A DNA stretch of 52,621 bases from an uncultured archaeon. Its GTDB lineage: Archaea > Aenigmatarchaeota > Aenigmatarchaeia > PWEA01 > JAGHBM01. Made by a program: the position numbers and the translations under genes. The stretch is from assembly GCA_964584335.1 (NCBI GenBank), contig CAZOZN010000001.1, forward strand, positions 1 through 52,621, written 5' to 3'. Below the pieces are notes generated by a model. The model was not told where the DNA came from, did not search any database, and worked only from the letters and a program-made list of their open reading frames with translations. Every line of letters begins with the position of its first letter. Position 1 is the stretch's first letter. Positions 41,517 through 51,100 of the stretch are shown here, piece after piece.

Positions 41517-43246
41517 CTGTAATAGTAATTTCCTTTTTCTTTTTGTTCCCTGTCTTTTACAGAACCAGGTTTGTTTGCTCTGGGTCTGCCGTTTTCAGGG
41601 TCTCTCCTAAAGCTGACATCAAGTTCTTTGAGGAACGCGTTGAATGATTTTTCCAGACCTGCCGGCTTCAATGCGCGTCCTTTTTTTCCGGGTTCGCCCA
41701 GAAAAACCATTCCTCTCTTTGAGATTAAATCCAGAAATAGGAGGTCGTGGTCTATTATCATACAAGTAGATTCTCTCATGTTTATTATGTTTTTTATTAC
41801 TTTTGCCGTTTCTAGCCTCTGTTCCACGTCAAGATATGCTGAAGGTTCATCAAAAAGGTACATTTCCGCGTCCTGAAGCAAACATAATGCTATTGCAAGT
41901 CTTTGTTCTTCTCCACCGCTTAAGTTTTTTACGCTAGAGTTCATTAGTCTTTCTAAGCTCAATGGTTCTAGTATGTGATTTTTATATTTGCTGAAGTTTT
42001 TGTTTTTTCTTAACAATTCTCCAACACTTCCCCCGTAATTTGTGTATATGTACTGTGGTTTGTAGCTTATCTTTACTTTTGGGTTTATTAGTCCAGAATC
42101 AGGTTCTATTTCGCCTGCCAGTATTTTTGCGAATGTCGTCTTACCGAGTGCGTTGGCACCGAATATGCCAAGCACGTCTTCCATGTATATTTCTCCCGGT
42201 TCTATTTTCATTTCGAATTTTTTTAGTTTCTTTTTTATTTCTTCAAATTTTATAAGCATTGGTTTTTCCTTTTTCTTTGTTGGTGATACGACAGCGAACT
42301 TTATAGGTTCCTGCCTAATCCTTACATTATCTTCTTTTATGTAACCTTCTAGGAAAGTGTTTATGCCTGTTCTCACACCGTAGGGCTTGCTAACGACTCC
42401 GTATACCCCGGGCACTCCGTAGAATATATGTATCTGGTCAGCCATGAAATCCAGTGTGGCAAGGTCGTGTTCTACAACCATTACTGTTTTTTCTTTTCCT
42501 ATCTCCCTTATTATTTTTCCGACTTCCAGCCTTTCCCTTACATCCAGATAAGAAGATGGCTCGTCTATAAAGTAAAAATCCCCTTTCTTTGAAAGAGCTA
42601 TTGAAATTGCAAGTCTTTGCAATTCCCCTCCTGATAAATCATCCACTTCTCTCTCGATTACATAACCAAGGTTCATTCTTTTTAGAAGGTCTTCCGCTTT
42701 TTCGTTTATTATTTTTTTTACCTTTCCAGGATAAATCTTCGGTATCTCATCTACTTGCTGTGGTTTGTATATGGTTTTTGTACCGGAAGAAAGCTTATTA
42801 AAATAATCTTGAAGTTCGTTTCCGCGGAATATGTTTGATATGTCTTTGAATCCTTCCCCCTCTTCTTTTCCTATATTTGGTTTAAGTTTGCCTGAGAGTA
42901 TTTTTAGTGCTGTAGATTTTCCTATTCCGTTGGAACCCAAGAGCCCTATAACTTTTCCCGGTACAGGTATCGGTAGCCTGTATAGTACAAAGCTGTTCTT
43001 TCCAAACCTGTGTATAGGCTCTTCTTTTAACGCTTCTGGGGTGTTTACTATTTGTATTGCCTTGAATGGGCACTTTTTTGTGCATATACCACACCCTATG
43101 CATATGGATTCGTCTATCAAAGGCTTACCGTTTTCACCTTCTACAATGCATTTATCTCCTGCCCTGTTTCTTGGGCAGAACCTTATACATTCTTTGTTGC
43201 ATTTATTAGGATTACATTTCTCGTAATCAATAACAGCTATCCTCAT
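41513..43246 (-). CDS. rli: Ribosome recycling ATPase ABCE1/Rli1
   Basis: N-terminal Fe-S motifs (CNPNKC..ECIRFCP, CIGCGICTKKCP), two ABC cassettes (GSNGIGKST, LSGGELQR; GANALGKTT, LSGGEEQR). Start MRIAVID at 43246. Confidence 0.96.
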   Translation of the reverse strand: MRIAVIDYEKCNPNKCNKECIRFCPRNRAGDKCIVEGENGKPLIDESICIGCGICTKKCPFKAIQIVNTPEALKEEPIHRFGKNSFVLYRLPIPVPGKVIGLLGSNGIGKSTALKILSGKLKPNIGKEEGEGFKDISNIFRGNELQDYFNKLSSGTKTIYKPQQVDEIPKIYPGKVKKIINEKAEDLLKRMNLGYVIEREVDDLSGGELQRLAISIALSKKGDFYFIDEPSSYLDVRERLEVGKIIREIGKEKTVMVVEHDLATLDFMADQIHIFYGVPGVYGVVSKPYGVRTGINTFLEGYIKEDNVRIRQEPIKFAVVSPTKKKEKPMLIKFEEIKKKLKKFEMKIEPGEIYMEDVLGIFGANALGKTTFAKILAGEIEPDSGLINPKVKISYKPQYIYTNYGGSVGELLRKNKNFSKYKNHILEPLSLERLMNSSVKNLSGGEEQRLAIALCLLQDAEMYLFDEPSAYLDVEQRLETAKVIKNIINMRESTCMIIDHDLLFLDLISKRGMVFLGEPGKKGRALKPAGLEKSFNAFLKELDVSFRRDPENGRPRANKPGSVKDREQKEKGNYYYS

Positions 43247-43306
43247 AGTAATCTTAAAAGAAACCACGTATTTAAAAATTTAAAACCCAAATTAACTTGT
43301 GGTTTT

Positions 43307-43921
43307 ATGTTTTCTGATGAAATGAAAAAGGTTCTTAAAAGAGAAACGGAAAATTCGTGTGTAACTTATTTCGAAAAGGAGGGGGGAGGTGTTTATCCTT
43401 ACACGATTCTTCCGATGGAGAGTTTTGCTTCTCCTGAATATTTTTCTGCAATAAAGAATGGTTTAAATTATATGCTTAAAGGCGAGATAAAAAACTCTGA
43501 TGCAATAATGGGCATAGAGGCAAAGGCTTATCTTGTGACTACCTTGCTTTCTGTGGAAAATAAAATTCCTCATATAGCTGTAAGAAAAAGAGATTACAAG
43601 ACGAAAGACCAGATTGTTATAGAGCAAAAAAAGGCATACAAGGGCGGTCAAAATCTTTATTGTGTAGGTTTGAATAAGCTAAGAGAACTTGACCGTAATA
43701 ACATTCTCATAGTTGAGGATATGATTTCTTCCGGCGGTACCTTGCTTACTACTCTTTCTGAATTAGAGAAAGAGGGGTTTAATATTTCAGGAATAGGAAC
43801 CGTTTATGAGAGAGGAGACGGCGTTGAGAGAATAAGAGATAATGGTTATGATGCAAAGGGGCTTATGAGGCTGGACATGGAAAACGGGAAGCCAATAGTT
43901 TCAAGGTTTTATGGTGATTAG
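43307..43921 (+). CDS. Purine phosphoribosyltransferase (Apt/Hpt-like type I PRTase)
   Basis: GIEAKAY, VRKRDY, PRPP loop ILIVEDMISSGGT. The ORF-track start 43052 overlaps ABCE1, so ATG 43307 is preferred. Confidence 0.85.
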   Translation: MFSDEMKKVLKRETENSCVTYFEKEGGGVYPYTILPMESFASPEYFSAIKNGLNYMLKGEIKNSDAIMGIEAKAYLVTTLLSVENKIPHIAVRKRDYKTKDQIVIEQKKAYKGGQNLYCVGLNKLRELDRNNILIVEDMISSGGTLLTTLSELEKEGFNISGIGTVYERGDGVERIRDNGYDAKGLMRLDMENGKPIVSRFYGD

Positions 43922-45097
43922 TTGCTTATAGCTCTTGTGGGTAAGACTAACGTTGGAAAATCTACTTTCTTTAAGGCAGCCACAATGACAGATGTTGAAA
44001 TATCCAACAGAATTTTTACAACGATAAAACCAAACGAGGGAATAGCTTACGTAAAGGCAAAATGTCCTTGCAAGGAATTTGGTAAAAAATGTAATCCAAA
44101 AAATTCAAAATGCTTTAATGGGGAGAGACTTATACCGGTCAAGCTTCTTGATGTGGCAGGTTTGGTTCCGGGAGCCCACGAGGGAAGAGGTCTGGGAAAT
44201 CAATTTTTGGATGATTTAAGGGAGGCTAACGTATTCATACATGTTCTTGATATTTCTGGAACCACTGACTCGGAAGGTAATCCGTGCAAGGAGCATAACC
44301 CCGAGGAGGACAAGAAGTTTTTTGAAGAAGAGCTTGATTACTGGTACACAAATATTTTTAAAAGAGAATGGAATCAGATGGCTAAGCAGGCAGAGATAGA
44401 AAGGAGTGATTTCGAGAAACAGATTCTTGAAAGATTTTCTGGCCTGGGTATATGCAAGGAGGATGTTCACAAGGCAATAGAAAAGTCAGGAATGGACCCA
44501 ACAAGTCCTACGAAATGGAAAGAAGATGATGTTTTTATGTTTGCCAAGAATATTAGGGAAGCTTCAAAACCGATAATAATTGCAGCAAATAAGATGGATA
44601 TTTTGTCCGGCCAGTCAAATTTAGATAATTTATCCAAGACTACAGAAAATATTGTTCCCTGTTTTGCGGATGCAGAGCTTGCTCTCAGGAAGGCAGCGGA
44701 AGCAGGTATAATAGATTATACACCGGGTTCTTCATCTTTTTCAATACTGAAGGAAGTTCCAGAGAAACAAAGACTTGCGCTAGAAAAAATACAATCTCTT
44801 ATGAAAAAATACGGTTCCACCGGAGTTCAGGATTGCCTAAACAGGGCTGTTTTTGAATTCATGGATATGATTGTGGTATACTCGGTTGAGGATGAGACAC
44901 ATTGGAGCGACAAGAAGGGAAATGTCCTTCCCCATTCACATTTGGTGCCCAAGGGAACCACCGCACGACAACTAGCTTATCGTATACACAGTGATATAGG
45001 AGACAGTTTTATAGGAGCTGTTGATGCAAGAACCAAGAGGAAGATAGGAGCTGACCATGAGCTAAAGAATGGTGACGTTATCAAGATTTTAACATAA
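43922..45097 (+). CDS. ychF: YchF/Ola1-family OBG ATPase/GTPase with TGS domain
   Basis: GKTNVGKST, FTTIKPN, DVAGLVPGAHEGRGLGNQFLDDL, ANKMD, IHSDIG..LKNGDVIKI. Confidence 0.93.
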   Translation: MLIALVGKTNVGKSTFFKAATMTDVEISNRIFTTIKPNEGIAYVKAKCPCKEFGKKCNPKNSKCFNGERLIPVKLLDVAGLVPGAHEGRGLGNQFLDDLREANVFIHVLDISGTTDSEGNPCKEHNPEEDKKFFEEELDYWYTNIFKREWNQMAKQAEIERSDFEKQILERFSGLGICKEDVHKAIEKSGMDPTSPTKWKEDDVFMFAKNIREASKPIIIAANKMDILSGQSNLDNLSKTTENIVPCFADAELALRKAAEAGIIDYTPGSSSFSILKEVPEKQRLALEKIQSLMKKYGSTGVQDCLNRAVFEFMDMIVVYSVEDETHWSDKKGNVLPHSHLVPKGTTARQLAYRIHSDIGDSFIGAVDARTKRKIGADHELKNGDVIKILT

Positions 45098-45104
45098 AAA
45101 ATAA

Positions 45105-46310
45105 TTAATTTATAAAATCTCCAAGGCGCCTCTGTTTAAGCATCTTGCTTTTTTCTTTGTAATTTTCAAGTGGTATTTTTAGCCTTCCTCTTATGTATTC
45201 AAGAGATTCTTTTAATGTGGAGAACTTTTGGTAACCTGATTTCATTGCATTCCTGACGTTTTCCCTTACCTGCCAAACACCTACCGGCACGACATAACCC
45301 TCGTAGACTTCACGGAAGCCTATTACACGCGCCTGTCTCTTCTCTTTTAAAAGTTTTTCGGCTACACCGAGCCTTGCAGCGTAATAACCCCCGGTTTGTT
45401 TATCTGCATATTTTTTTCTGCCTTTGAACGGCTCGTACTCTTCAACTACTTCTGTCTTTTTCAAGTTAAAGCTCCAGAAAGAGCCGGGTTTCCACGCTTC
45501 AAAATTTTCAAATTCCCAGTTTCCCGGCATCATAAGTATTACAAACTTGTTGTTAAGGAACTGAGACTCGTAAACCCGATATTCATTTATTGAAGGGAAA
45601 TTTCTTATCTCACCGAGAATATTTTTACATACTATATCATCTATTGCTGTTATACTCCAACGTGTCGGTACCATTTTTTTATTTTTATCTAGTCCCATTG
45701 AACCGGAAGAAATGATGTTTGTGAGTTTGTACACATCTACATTTTTTTTGTATAAAATCATGGTGGCTTCGTTTGTTTTTAGCTCGTCATTTACAACCTT
45801 TTCCACATTTCTTGAAACTTTCACGTTTTCGGCCAAAGTTAGTTTCTTAACTGAAACTGAAGGACCGACCGGTCTTACCATGTCGGAGAAATTCATTCTG
45901 TAAGTTGGTTTTCCCTTGAAAAGAAGTTCTATGTCTGTAGGTCTTTTTGCAAGAGCCAGTAATTTATTATCTTCTACGAATCTTGATTTTGAAAAAACAT
46001 TTTGCTTGTATTTGGACCTTAAAACCATTGACCTTTTTTCTATTATATCCTCGTAAGGTTTTTTGAACCAGCTTGAGGGGTTGTCGCTTAAATCTGTTTT
46101 TCCTATGTTACCCAGTGGACCCACGAAAACATTCGGATAGCCAATCCTGCCTACGAAAACTGATGGAGCAGCCCCAAAAAAATTGTCTTTTATTTTTGTC
46201 ATTTTTTTATCGAGCTTGACTTTGTCTAACAGAGGACATCTTCCCAGTCCGCAGAGATTTCTGCTACCTTTGCAGTATATACATAACTGTGTAGAATTCA
46301 TTTTCTTCAC
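45105..46310 (-). CDS. nreA: Nre-family DNA repair protein
   Basis: CIYCKGSRNLCGLGRCP, PSVFVGRIGYP, VPTRWSITAID, GGYYAARL, PVGVWQVRENVR; C-terminal PIP-like QRRLGDF. Confidence 0.9.
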   Translation of the reverse strand: MKKMNSTQLCIYCKGSRNLCGLGRCPLLDKVKLDKKMTKIKDNFFGAAPSVFVGRIGYPNVFVGPLGNIGKTDLSDNPSSWFKKPYEDIIEKRSMVLRSKYKQNVFSKSRFVEDNKLLALAKRPTDIELLFKGKPTYRMNFSDMVRPVGPSVSVKKLTLAENVKVSRNVEKVVNDELKTNEATMILYKKNVDVYKLTNIISSGSMGLDKNKKMVPTRWSITAIDDIVCKNILGEIRNFPSINEYRVYESQFLNNKFVILMMPGNWEFENFEAWKPGSFWSFNLKKTEVVEEYEPFKGRKKYADKQTGGYYAARLGVAEKLLKEKRQARVIGFREVYEGYVVPVGVWQVRENVRNAMKSGYQKFSTLKESLEYIRGRLKIPLENYKEKSKMLKQRRLGDFIN

Positions 46311-46395
46311 TACAGTTTTAATTTGAGATTAAACATTAAATAATTTGGCAGTATATTGCAAACTAAAAAATAAAAATAAATTAAAGAAATAAAAA

Positions 46396-46761
46396 TTACT
46401 CTATTTTTTTCTCTTCAGTTTCTTCTTTCTGAGCATCCTTTTCTACCGGCATTTCTTCTTTTTTCTCTTCAGCCTTTTCAGGTTCTTTTTTAATTTCTTT
46501 CTTCTTTTCTGGTATCACTGGGGATTTTAGCTCTTCGCTTTCAATCCAAACTATTAGGATTCCTAGTATTATCACTATCGGCGGTATTACACCTTTTAAG
46601 ACTGTTTTGAACTCTGACCACCAGTCGAGAGAAATACCTCCTATGTTTGATATACTGGCAGGTTTTATTACTGATAAAACTGCTGAATCTGCTGGTACTA
46701 AAAGCCAAAACCCTAGTAGAATCAAAATTATTCCGATTAAAAGTTTTATTCCTGCGTGCAT
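46396..46761 (-). CDS. Small two-TM membrane protein with charged tail
   Basis: Two hydrophobic segments and an E/K-rich C-terminus. GGAGG RBS upstream on the minus strand. Confidence 0.75.
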   Translation of the reverse strand: MHAGIKLLIGIILILLGFWLLVPADSAVLSVIKPASISNIGGISLDWWSEFKTVLKGVIPPIVIILGILIVWIESEELKSPVIPEKKKEIKKEPEKAEEKKEEMPVEKDAQKEETEEKKIE

Positions 46762-46892
46762 TTTTACCTCCTCATGCTTTTCTGTATAAAAACTTAAATA
46801 ACTTTTATATTTAAACCTTTTTTACACTAAAATAGTTAAATTTTATTAATATGTAAAACAATTTCATCTTTATCGATGAGTGGGATTAAATT

Positions 46893-48107
46893 ATGACCAT
46901 GAGAATTTTGTGCAAAGAAGAGGTTAATAAATTGCCTAAATACCCCATAGTTATTGGGATACCGACAAAGAACTCGGAAACGACTATAATTAATGTTATT
47001 TCTAACATAGTTAGAGGAGTAGAAATGCATTTCTCCGAGAAAGTTTTAATAGTTATTGCTGACGGACATTCTAAGGACAATACAATTTCTTTGGCGGAGA
47101 TGTTTCCTTTGCCAGAAAGAATAGACATGTGCGTGGTTAAGGATGAAAAGCCTTACGGAAAGGGTTCAGGTGTTAAATCAATACTTGAAATAGGCAAGAA
47201 AGTGGGCGCTTATTCTACAAATCTTATAGATTCTGATTTGGTTGCGATGAGTTCGAGCTGGGTAGAATTGCTTGCTAAGCCGACACTTTACGGAAGGGTT
47301 GGGTTGGTTTCGCCTTATTACATGAGGCATAAGTATGACGGCCTTCTAACCAACATGCTTGTTTACCCAATGACTAAAGCCATATACGGTGGAGACAGAA
47401 GACAGCCAATAGGCGGAGATTTTTCAATGTCTAAACCTCTTGTATCCGATTTGCTTGAGGAGAAGATACCGCATCATTTTGGTATAGACATATTCATAAC
47501 CACTACAGCTCTAGTTAAAAATTATAAAATAAGCGAGGCCATATTAGGAAGAAAAATACACAGCAGCACCAGGAAGTATATAGACCCCAAGAAACACATA
47601 GACCCAATGTTCCATCAAGTAGTTGGTCAGATGTTTGAAATGCTCGAAAGATACGAAGACTACTGGACAAATAATACCAGAACAGAATATAAGAATATTT
47701 TGCAGGAAGACATTGGTAGGAAACCCTTTCCAATAAGGCTCGAATTTGATAAGTTGAGAGGGTCTTTCAAGGGAAGATGCAAGATGAACAGGAAAGTAAT
47801 TGATGATTTTGCAGGCAATTATGACAAGGAATTGGGAAATAAAATAGAAAATCTTATAAAAAGTGACAAGGGAATAGGAAAAAAGGACTGGGTAAGGCTG
47901 GTATATGCTGCAGCTCTTCAGTACAAAAAGAACAAAGACAAGAAAATTCTTGAGGGTCTTCTAAGTCTTTGGTACGGCAGGTTTTATAATCACGCCAAAT
48001 CGATAGAAAAGTTTAACAGGCTGGAATCCGAGGCTGTCGTAGAGGATATTTATAAGGAGTTCAAGGAGTACAAAAAAGAGTTTAAAGAGAAGTACACCAA
48101 AATATAG
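46893..48107 (+). CDS. Glucosylglycerate/mannosylglycerate synthase-like GT-A glycosyltransferase
   Basis: IGIPTKN, ADGHSKDNT, GKGSG, IDSDL, PYYMRHKYDGLLTN, RQPIGGDF, FGIDIFITT, MFHQVVG. Confidence 0.75.
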   Translation: MTMRILCKEEVNKLPKYPIVIGIPTKNSETTIINVISNIVRGVEMHFSEKVLIVIADGHSKDNTISLAEMFPLPERIDMCVVKDEKPYGKGSGVKSILEIGKKVGAYSTNLIDSDLVAMSSSWVELLAKPTLYGRVGLVSPYYMRHKYDGLLTNMLVYPMTKAIYGGDRRQPIGGDFSMSKPLVSDLLEEKIPHHFGIDIFITTTALVKNYKISEAILGRKIHSSTRKYIDPKKHIDPMFHQVVGQMFEMLERYEDYWTNNTRTEYKNILQEDIGRKPFPIRLEFDKLRGSFKGRCKMNRKVIDDFAGNYDKELGNKIENLIKSDKGIGKKDWVRLVYAAALQYKKNKDKKILEGLLSLWYGRFYNHAKSIEKFNRLESEAVVEDIYKEFKEYKKEFKEKYTKI

Positions 48108-48109
48108 TT

Positions 48110-49231
48110 ATGCATTCTAGATTAAAGGAAGATATTCTCTCAATAATCAACTATTCTCTTAAGGAGACTTCTGTAGACAAATTATTGAGTGATAAAATAA
48201 AATTTGACGGCAAGATATTGAAAGTATCCGGAAGTAGTTTCAAGATATCTGATTACAATAAAGTCTATGTCTTGGGTTCCGGAAAGGCATCTTACAGCAT
48301 GGCGAGGTCATTAAATTCTATTATTGGAGAAAAGATAAAGGAAGGACTAATAATTTACACGCAAAAAAAGAAGAAAATAGGAAATATAAAGGTATTGAAG
48401 GGTACTCATCCATTCCCTTCTAGAGAAAGTCTGGAATCAACCAAAAAAATACTGGAGCTTGCAGAAAGAACAAAGAAAAATGATTTAATTATTTATCTTC
48501 TTTCAGGAGGCACTTCCTCACTCCTTTTTTATCCTGAAACAAGTATTGAAGATGCTATAGATTTGAATACCAAATTGATAGAATCGGGAAAGAGCATAAA
48601 GCAGATAAACAGAATAAGAAAGAAATGTTCAAAGGTAAAGGGAGGAAAATTATTGAATCATATAGACGGGAATGTCTTGAATCTGGTTTTTTCTGATGTT
48701 GTCGGTAATGACCTGGGTTTTATAGGTTCCGGCCCTCTATTTAATCCAAAGAATAAAAAAGTTAAAAATTTCATTATCGCAGACAACAAATCGCTTCTTG
48801 ATAGGGCCAAGGAAAAAGCAGAAAGTTTAGGCTACAAAACAAAAATAGTCTGGCCAGAATACGAAGGAAGTCCCCAGAATCTTGCAAAAAAATTCCTAAA
48901 TTACTCTAAGAAGATGGATAGAGGAAATTGTATAATTTCCGGGGGCGAACTCTCATCGAAGGTGAGGGGTCCGGGGAAGGGCGGACCAAACCAGGAATTT
49001 GTTCTGCTTTGCGGTGGCATCAGTGCCTTTGTAGCTTCAATAGATTCTGATGGTATAGATGGGAATTCCGGGGCTGCTGGCGCGGTTGCTGATACGTCTT
49101 CACTTAGTGGTTTTGAAAGCTATCTTGAAAGAAGCGATTCTTATAATTTCTTCAGAAAGAAAGGCGGACTAATAAAAACAGGAGTTACTGGGACAAATCT
49201 TAATGATTTGAGAGTTTTGATAAAAAAGTAA
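48110..49231 (+). CDS. Glycerate 2-kinase (GckA/MOFRL family)
   Basis: GSGKAS, HPFP, LLSGGTSSL, SKVKGG, SDVVGND..IGSGP, GGE, GKGGPNQE, SDGIDG, TGTNLNDL. Confidence 0.92.
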   Translation: MHSRLKEDILSIINYSLKETSVDKLLSDKIKFDGKILKVSGSSFKISDYNKVYVLGSGKASYSMARSLNSIIGEKIKEGLIIYTQKKKKIGNIKVLKGTHPFPSRESLESTKKILELAERTKKNDLIIYLLSGGTSSLLFYPETSIEDAIDLNTKLIESGKSIKQINRIRKKCSKVKGGKLLNHIDGNVLNLVFSDVVGNDLGFIGSGPLFNPKNKKVKNFIIADNKSLLDRAKEKAESLGYKTKIVWPEYEGSPQNLAKKFLNYSKKMDRGNCIISGGELSSKVRGPGKGGPNQEFVLLCGGISAFVASIDSDGIDGNSGAAGAVADTSSLSGFESYLERSDSYNFFRKKGGLIKTGVTGTNLNDLRVLIKK

Positions 49232-49234
49232 ACA

Positions 49235-49242
49235 TTTAAATA
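49235..49242 (+). promoter_or_regulatory. TATA box for the rpl15e leader
   Basis: TTTAAATA preceded by an A-rich BRE-like stretch, about 25 nt upstream of the structured leader. Confidence 0.55.
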
Positions 49243-49264
49243 ACTACCTTCAGAATACTTTTAC

Positions 49265-49387
49265 TATCAAACCTACGATGTGCCTAACGGGTTATGCCCA
49301 CCTTTCGTTAAGCCGGGAGGTATCGGAACCGTGCCGAACGGTTCTGATTGGTGAAGGTTTAGAGGCTGTAAAGCCAAATAGGTGATA
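49265..49387 (+). ncRNA. Structured cis-regulatory leader of rpl15e (candidate eL15 ribosomal leader)
   Basis: GC-rich island. Closing stem TATC-AA-ACCTA / TAGGTGATA covers the SD. 11-bp hairpin 49322-49348, GGCT-GTAA-AGCC GNRA hairpin 49364-49375, TAACG/CGTTA stem. Confidence 0.7.
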
Positions 49388-49389
49388 AA

Positions 49390-49905
49390 ATGGGAATGTA
49401 CAAAAGAATAAGAGAAGTCTGGAAAAAACCAAAGCAAAATCTTGGAGAAATCTGGAGGCAAAGGTTGATTAAGTGGAGAAAAGAGGAAGCTGTGGTCAAA
49501 ATCGATAAACCTACCAGACTTGACAGGGCCAGAAGCCTTGGATATAAAGCTAAGCAGGGATATGTTCTTGCGAGAATAAAGCTAAAAAGAGGAGGAAGAA
49601 AAAGACCAAAACCTGCCGGAGGAAGAAGACCAAAAAGAGCAGGTATAGTTAAATTTTCTACCGGAAAGAGCCTTAAGCTTATAGCCGAGGAAAGAGTATC
49701 TAGAAAATTTCCAAACCTTGAAGTTCTCAACTCTTATTACGTGGCTGAAGACGGAGTCCATAAATGGTATGAAATTATAATGGTGGACCCTCATCATCCG
49801 GTGATAAAGAAAGATAAAAAAATAAACTGGATATGCAAGGATAGAGGCAGAGTTCACAGGTCTAGAACCTCTTCGGGCAAAAAAGTTAAGGGATTAAGGA
49901 AATAA
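49390..49905 (+). CDS. rpl15e: 50S ribosomal protein L15e
   Basis: [48 protein letters not shown]. Confidence 0.98.
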   Translation: MGMYKRIREVWKKPKQNLGEIWRQRLIKWRKEEAVVKIDKPTRLDRARSLGYKAKQGYVLARIKLKRGGRKRPKPAGGRRPKRAGIVKFSTGKSLKLIAEERVSRKFPNLEVLNSYYVAEDGVHKWYEIIMVDPHHPVIKKDKKINWICKDRGRVHRSRTSSGKKVKGLRK

Positions 49906-49983
49906 AACCCAATTTTATGGTTTTAAAGCTATTTAATAGCTTTTGTTGTATAATTTATATTAGGGTTAGAAAGAGGGGTAAAA

Positions 49984-50643
49984 ATGGATTTTTATGATTT
50001 AAACATTAGCCTTGAGAGTACTGATGACTTTGACGATGTTGTAAGTACTGCAAAAAGAATAGGTTATTCTGGAATATGTTTAATAGAAAAGTATGCAAGC
50101 CTTGATAAGTTTAACAAGATAAAGAAAATGGCCAATAATGTGGATTATTTGAAGATAATAACGGGAATAGAGATTGATGCTGACGGAGTAAAGGAAATGA
50201 AGAGAATGGTTTCAAAAGCAAGCAAGTTAACCAATTTTATCGTGGTTTCCGGTGGAAAATACAAGATTAACAGGGCTGCTACAGAGGACAACAGGGTAAG
50301 TCTTCTTTCCCATCCTGAGTATAAAAGGTCTGATTCGGGTGTTGACCATATAATGGCCAAATTTGCAACAAGGAATAACGTTGCTATAGAGATAAATTTT
50401 CACGAAATACTTGAAACTTTTAGGAAAGTTAGGTCTTTTGTTTTTAGTCATATGAAGGAAAATATAGAGCTGGCCCAGAAATTCAATACACCTGTTGTTA
50501 TAACTTCAGGCGCGAGAAGTAAATGGGACATGAGAGACCCCAGGGAACTTTCCTCAATAGGTCAGATTCTCGGACTAAGTCTTGAGGATTCTATGAAAGC
50601 TGTTTCACAAACATCGAGTATTGTTGGTGGTTTCAATGGCTGA
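49984..50643 (+). CDS. rnp3: RNase P protein component 3 (Rpp30)
   Basis: FYDLNI, NRAATE, LLSHP, VAIEIN, VITSGA..DMRDPRE; conserved position after rpl15e. Confidence 0.92.
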   Translation: MDFYDLNISLESTDDFDDVVSTAKRIGYSGICLIEKYASLDKFNKIKKMANNVDYLKIITGIEIDADGVKEMKRMVSKASKLTNFIVVSGGKYKINRAATEDNRVSLLSHPEYKRSDSGVDHIMAKFATRNNVAIEINFHEILETFRKVRSFVFSHMKENIELAQKFNTPVVITSGARSKWDMRDPRELSSIGQILGLSLEDSMKAVSQTSSIVGGFNG

Positions 50644-51010
50644 CAAACCAAAGATTTTACCGCCCACTCTTAGGGAGAACAAGAGATATCTTGCTTTCGA
50701 AATAATAAGCGAGGAAAAACTTGATTTTGGAGAGGTTTTAAATGCTTTCTGGCACTCGCTTTTGAATGTAGTGGGAGAGTTGGGTGCGTCTAAGGCAAAC
50801 ATATGGTTTGTGAAGGATACTTGGGAAGATAAGAACCAGAGAGGACTTATAAGATGCAGCAATAATTATCTTGAATACGTTAGGTCTGCAACAGCTCTGA
50901 TAGATAGAATAGGCGATGTAAGAGTGGTCCCATATACTCTGGGTGTTAGCGGTACCATGAAGGCTGCAAAGCGAAAATTTTTCGGTGAACGCACTTTAGA
51001 AGACTTCTAA
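50636..51010 (+). CDS. rnp2: RNase P protein component 2 (Pop5)
   Basis: KILPPTLRENKRYLAFEI, GELG, GLIRC, TLGVSGTMK. ATG 50636 preferred. Confidence 0.93.
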   Translation: MADKPKILPPTLRENKRYLAFEIISEEKLDFGEVLNAFWHSLLNVVGELGASKANIWFVKDTWEDKNQRGLIRCSNNYLEYVRSATALIDRIGDVRVVPYTLGVSGTMKAAKRKFFGERTLEDF

Positions 51011-51100
51011 CAGACTTTTTATGCTTTAATTGCTATTTTTTTAGAAACAATAAACTTTATATAGTATTTACTACTATATAGTAAATATAGAGGTGTTTTT

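Noticed and set aside
43052-43306. N-terminal extension of the PRTase ORF
   Set aside because: Overlaps the ABCE1 Fe-S domain on the opposite strand; the real start is probably 43307.
49265-49389. RNase P RNA, 5S rRNA or SRP RNA for the GC-rich intergenic island (contains CCCGGCTTA on the minus strand, and GTTAAGCC and CCGAAC on the plus strand)
   Set aside because: Too short for RNase P RNA and lacks the GAGGAAAGTCC-type 5' P4 element. The 5S-like words are in the wrong order. No SRP helix 8 motif. Position and SD pairing fit a leader better.
49273-49461. 62-aa minus-strand ORF over the rpl15e leader
   Set aside because: Antisense to rpl15e; explained by the GC-rich RNA structure; no protein features.
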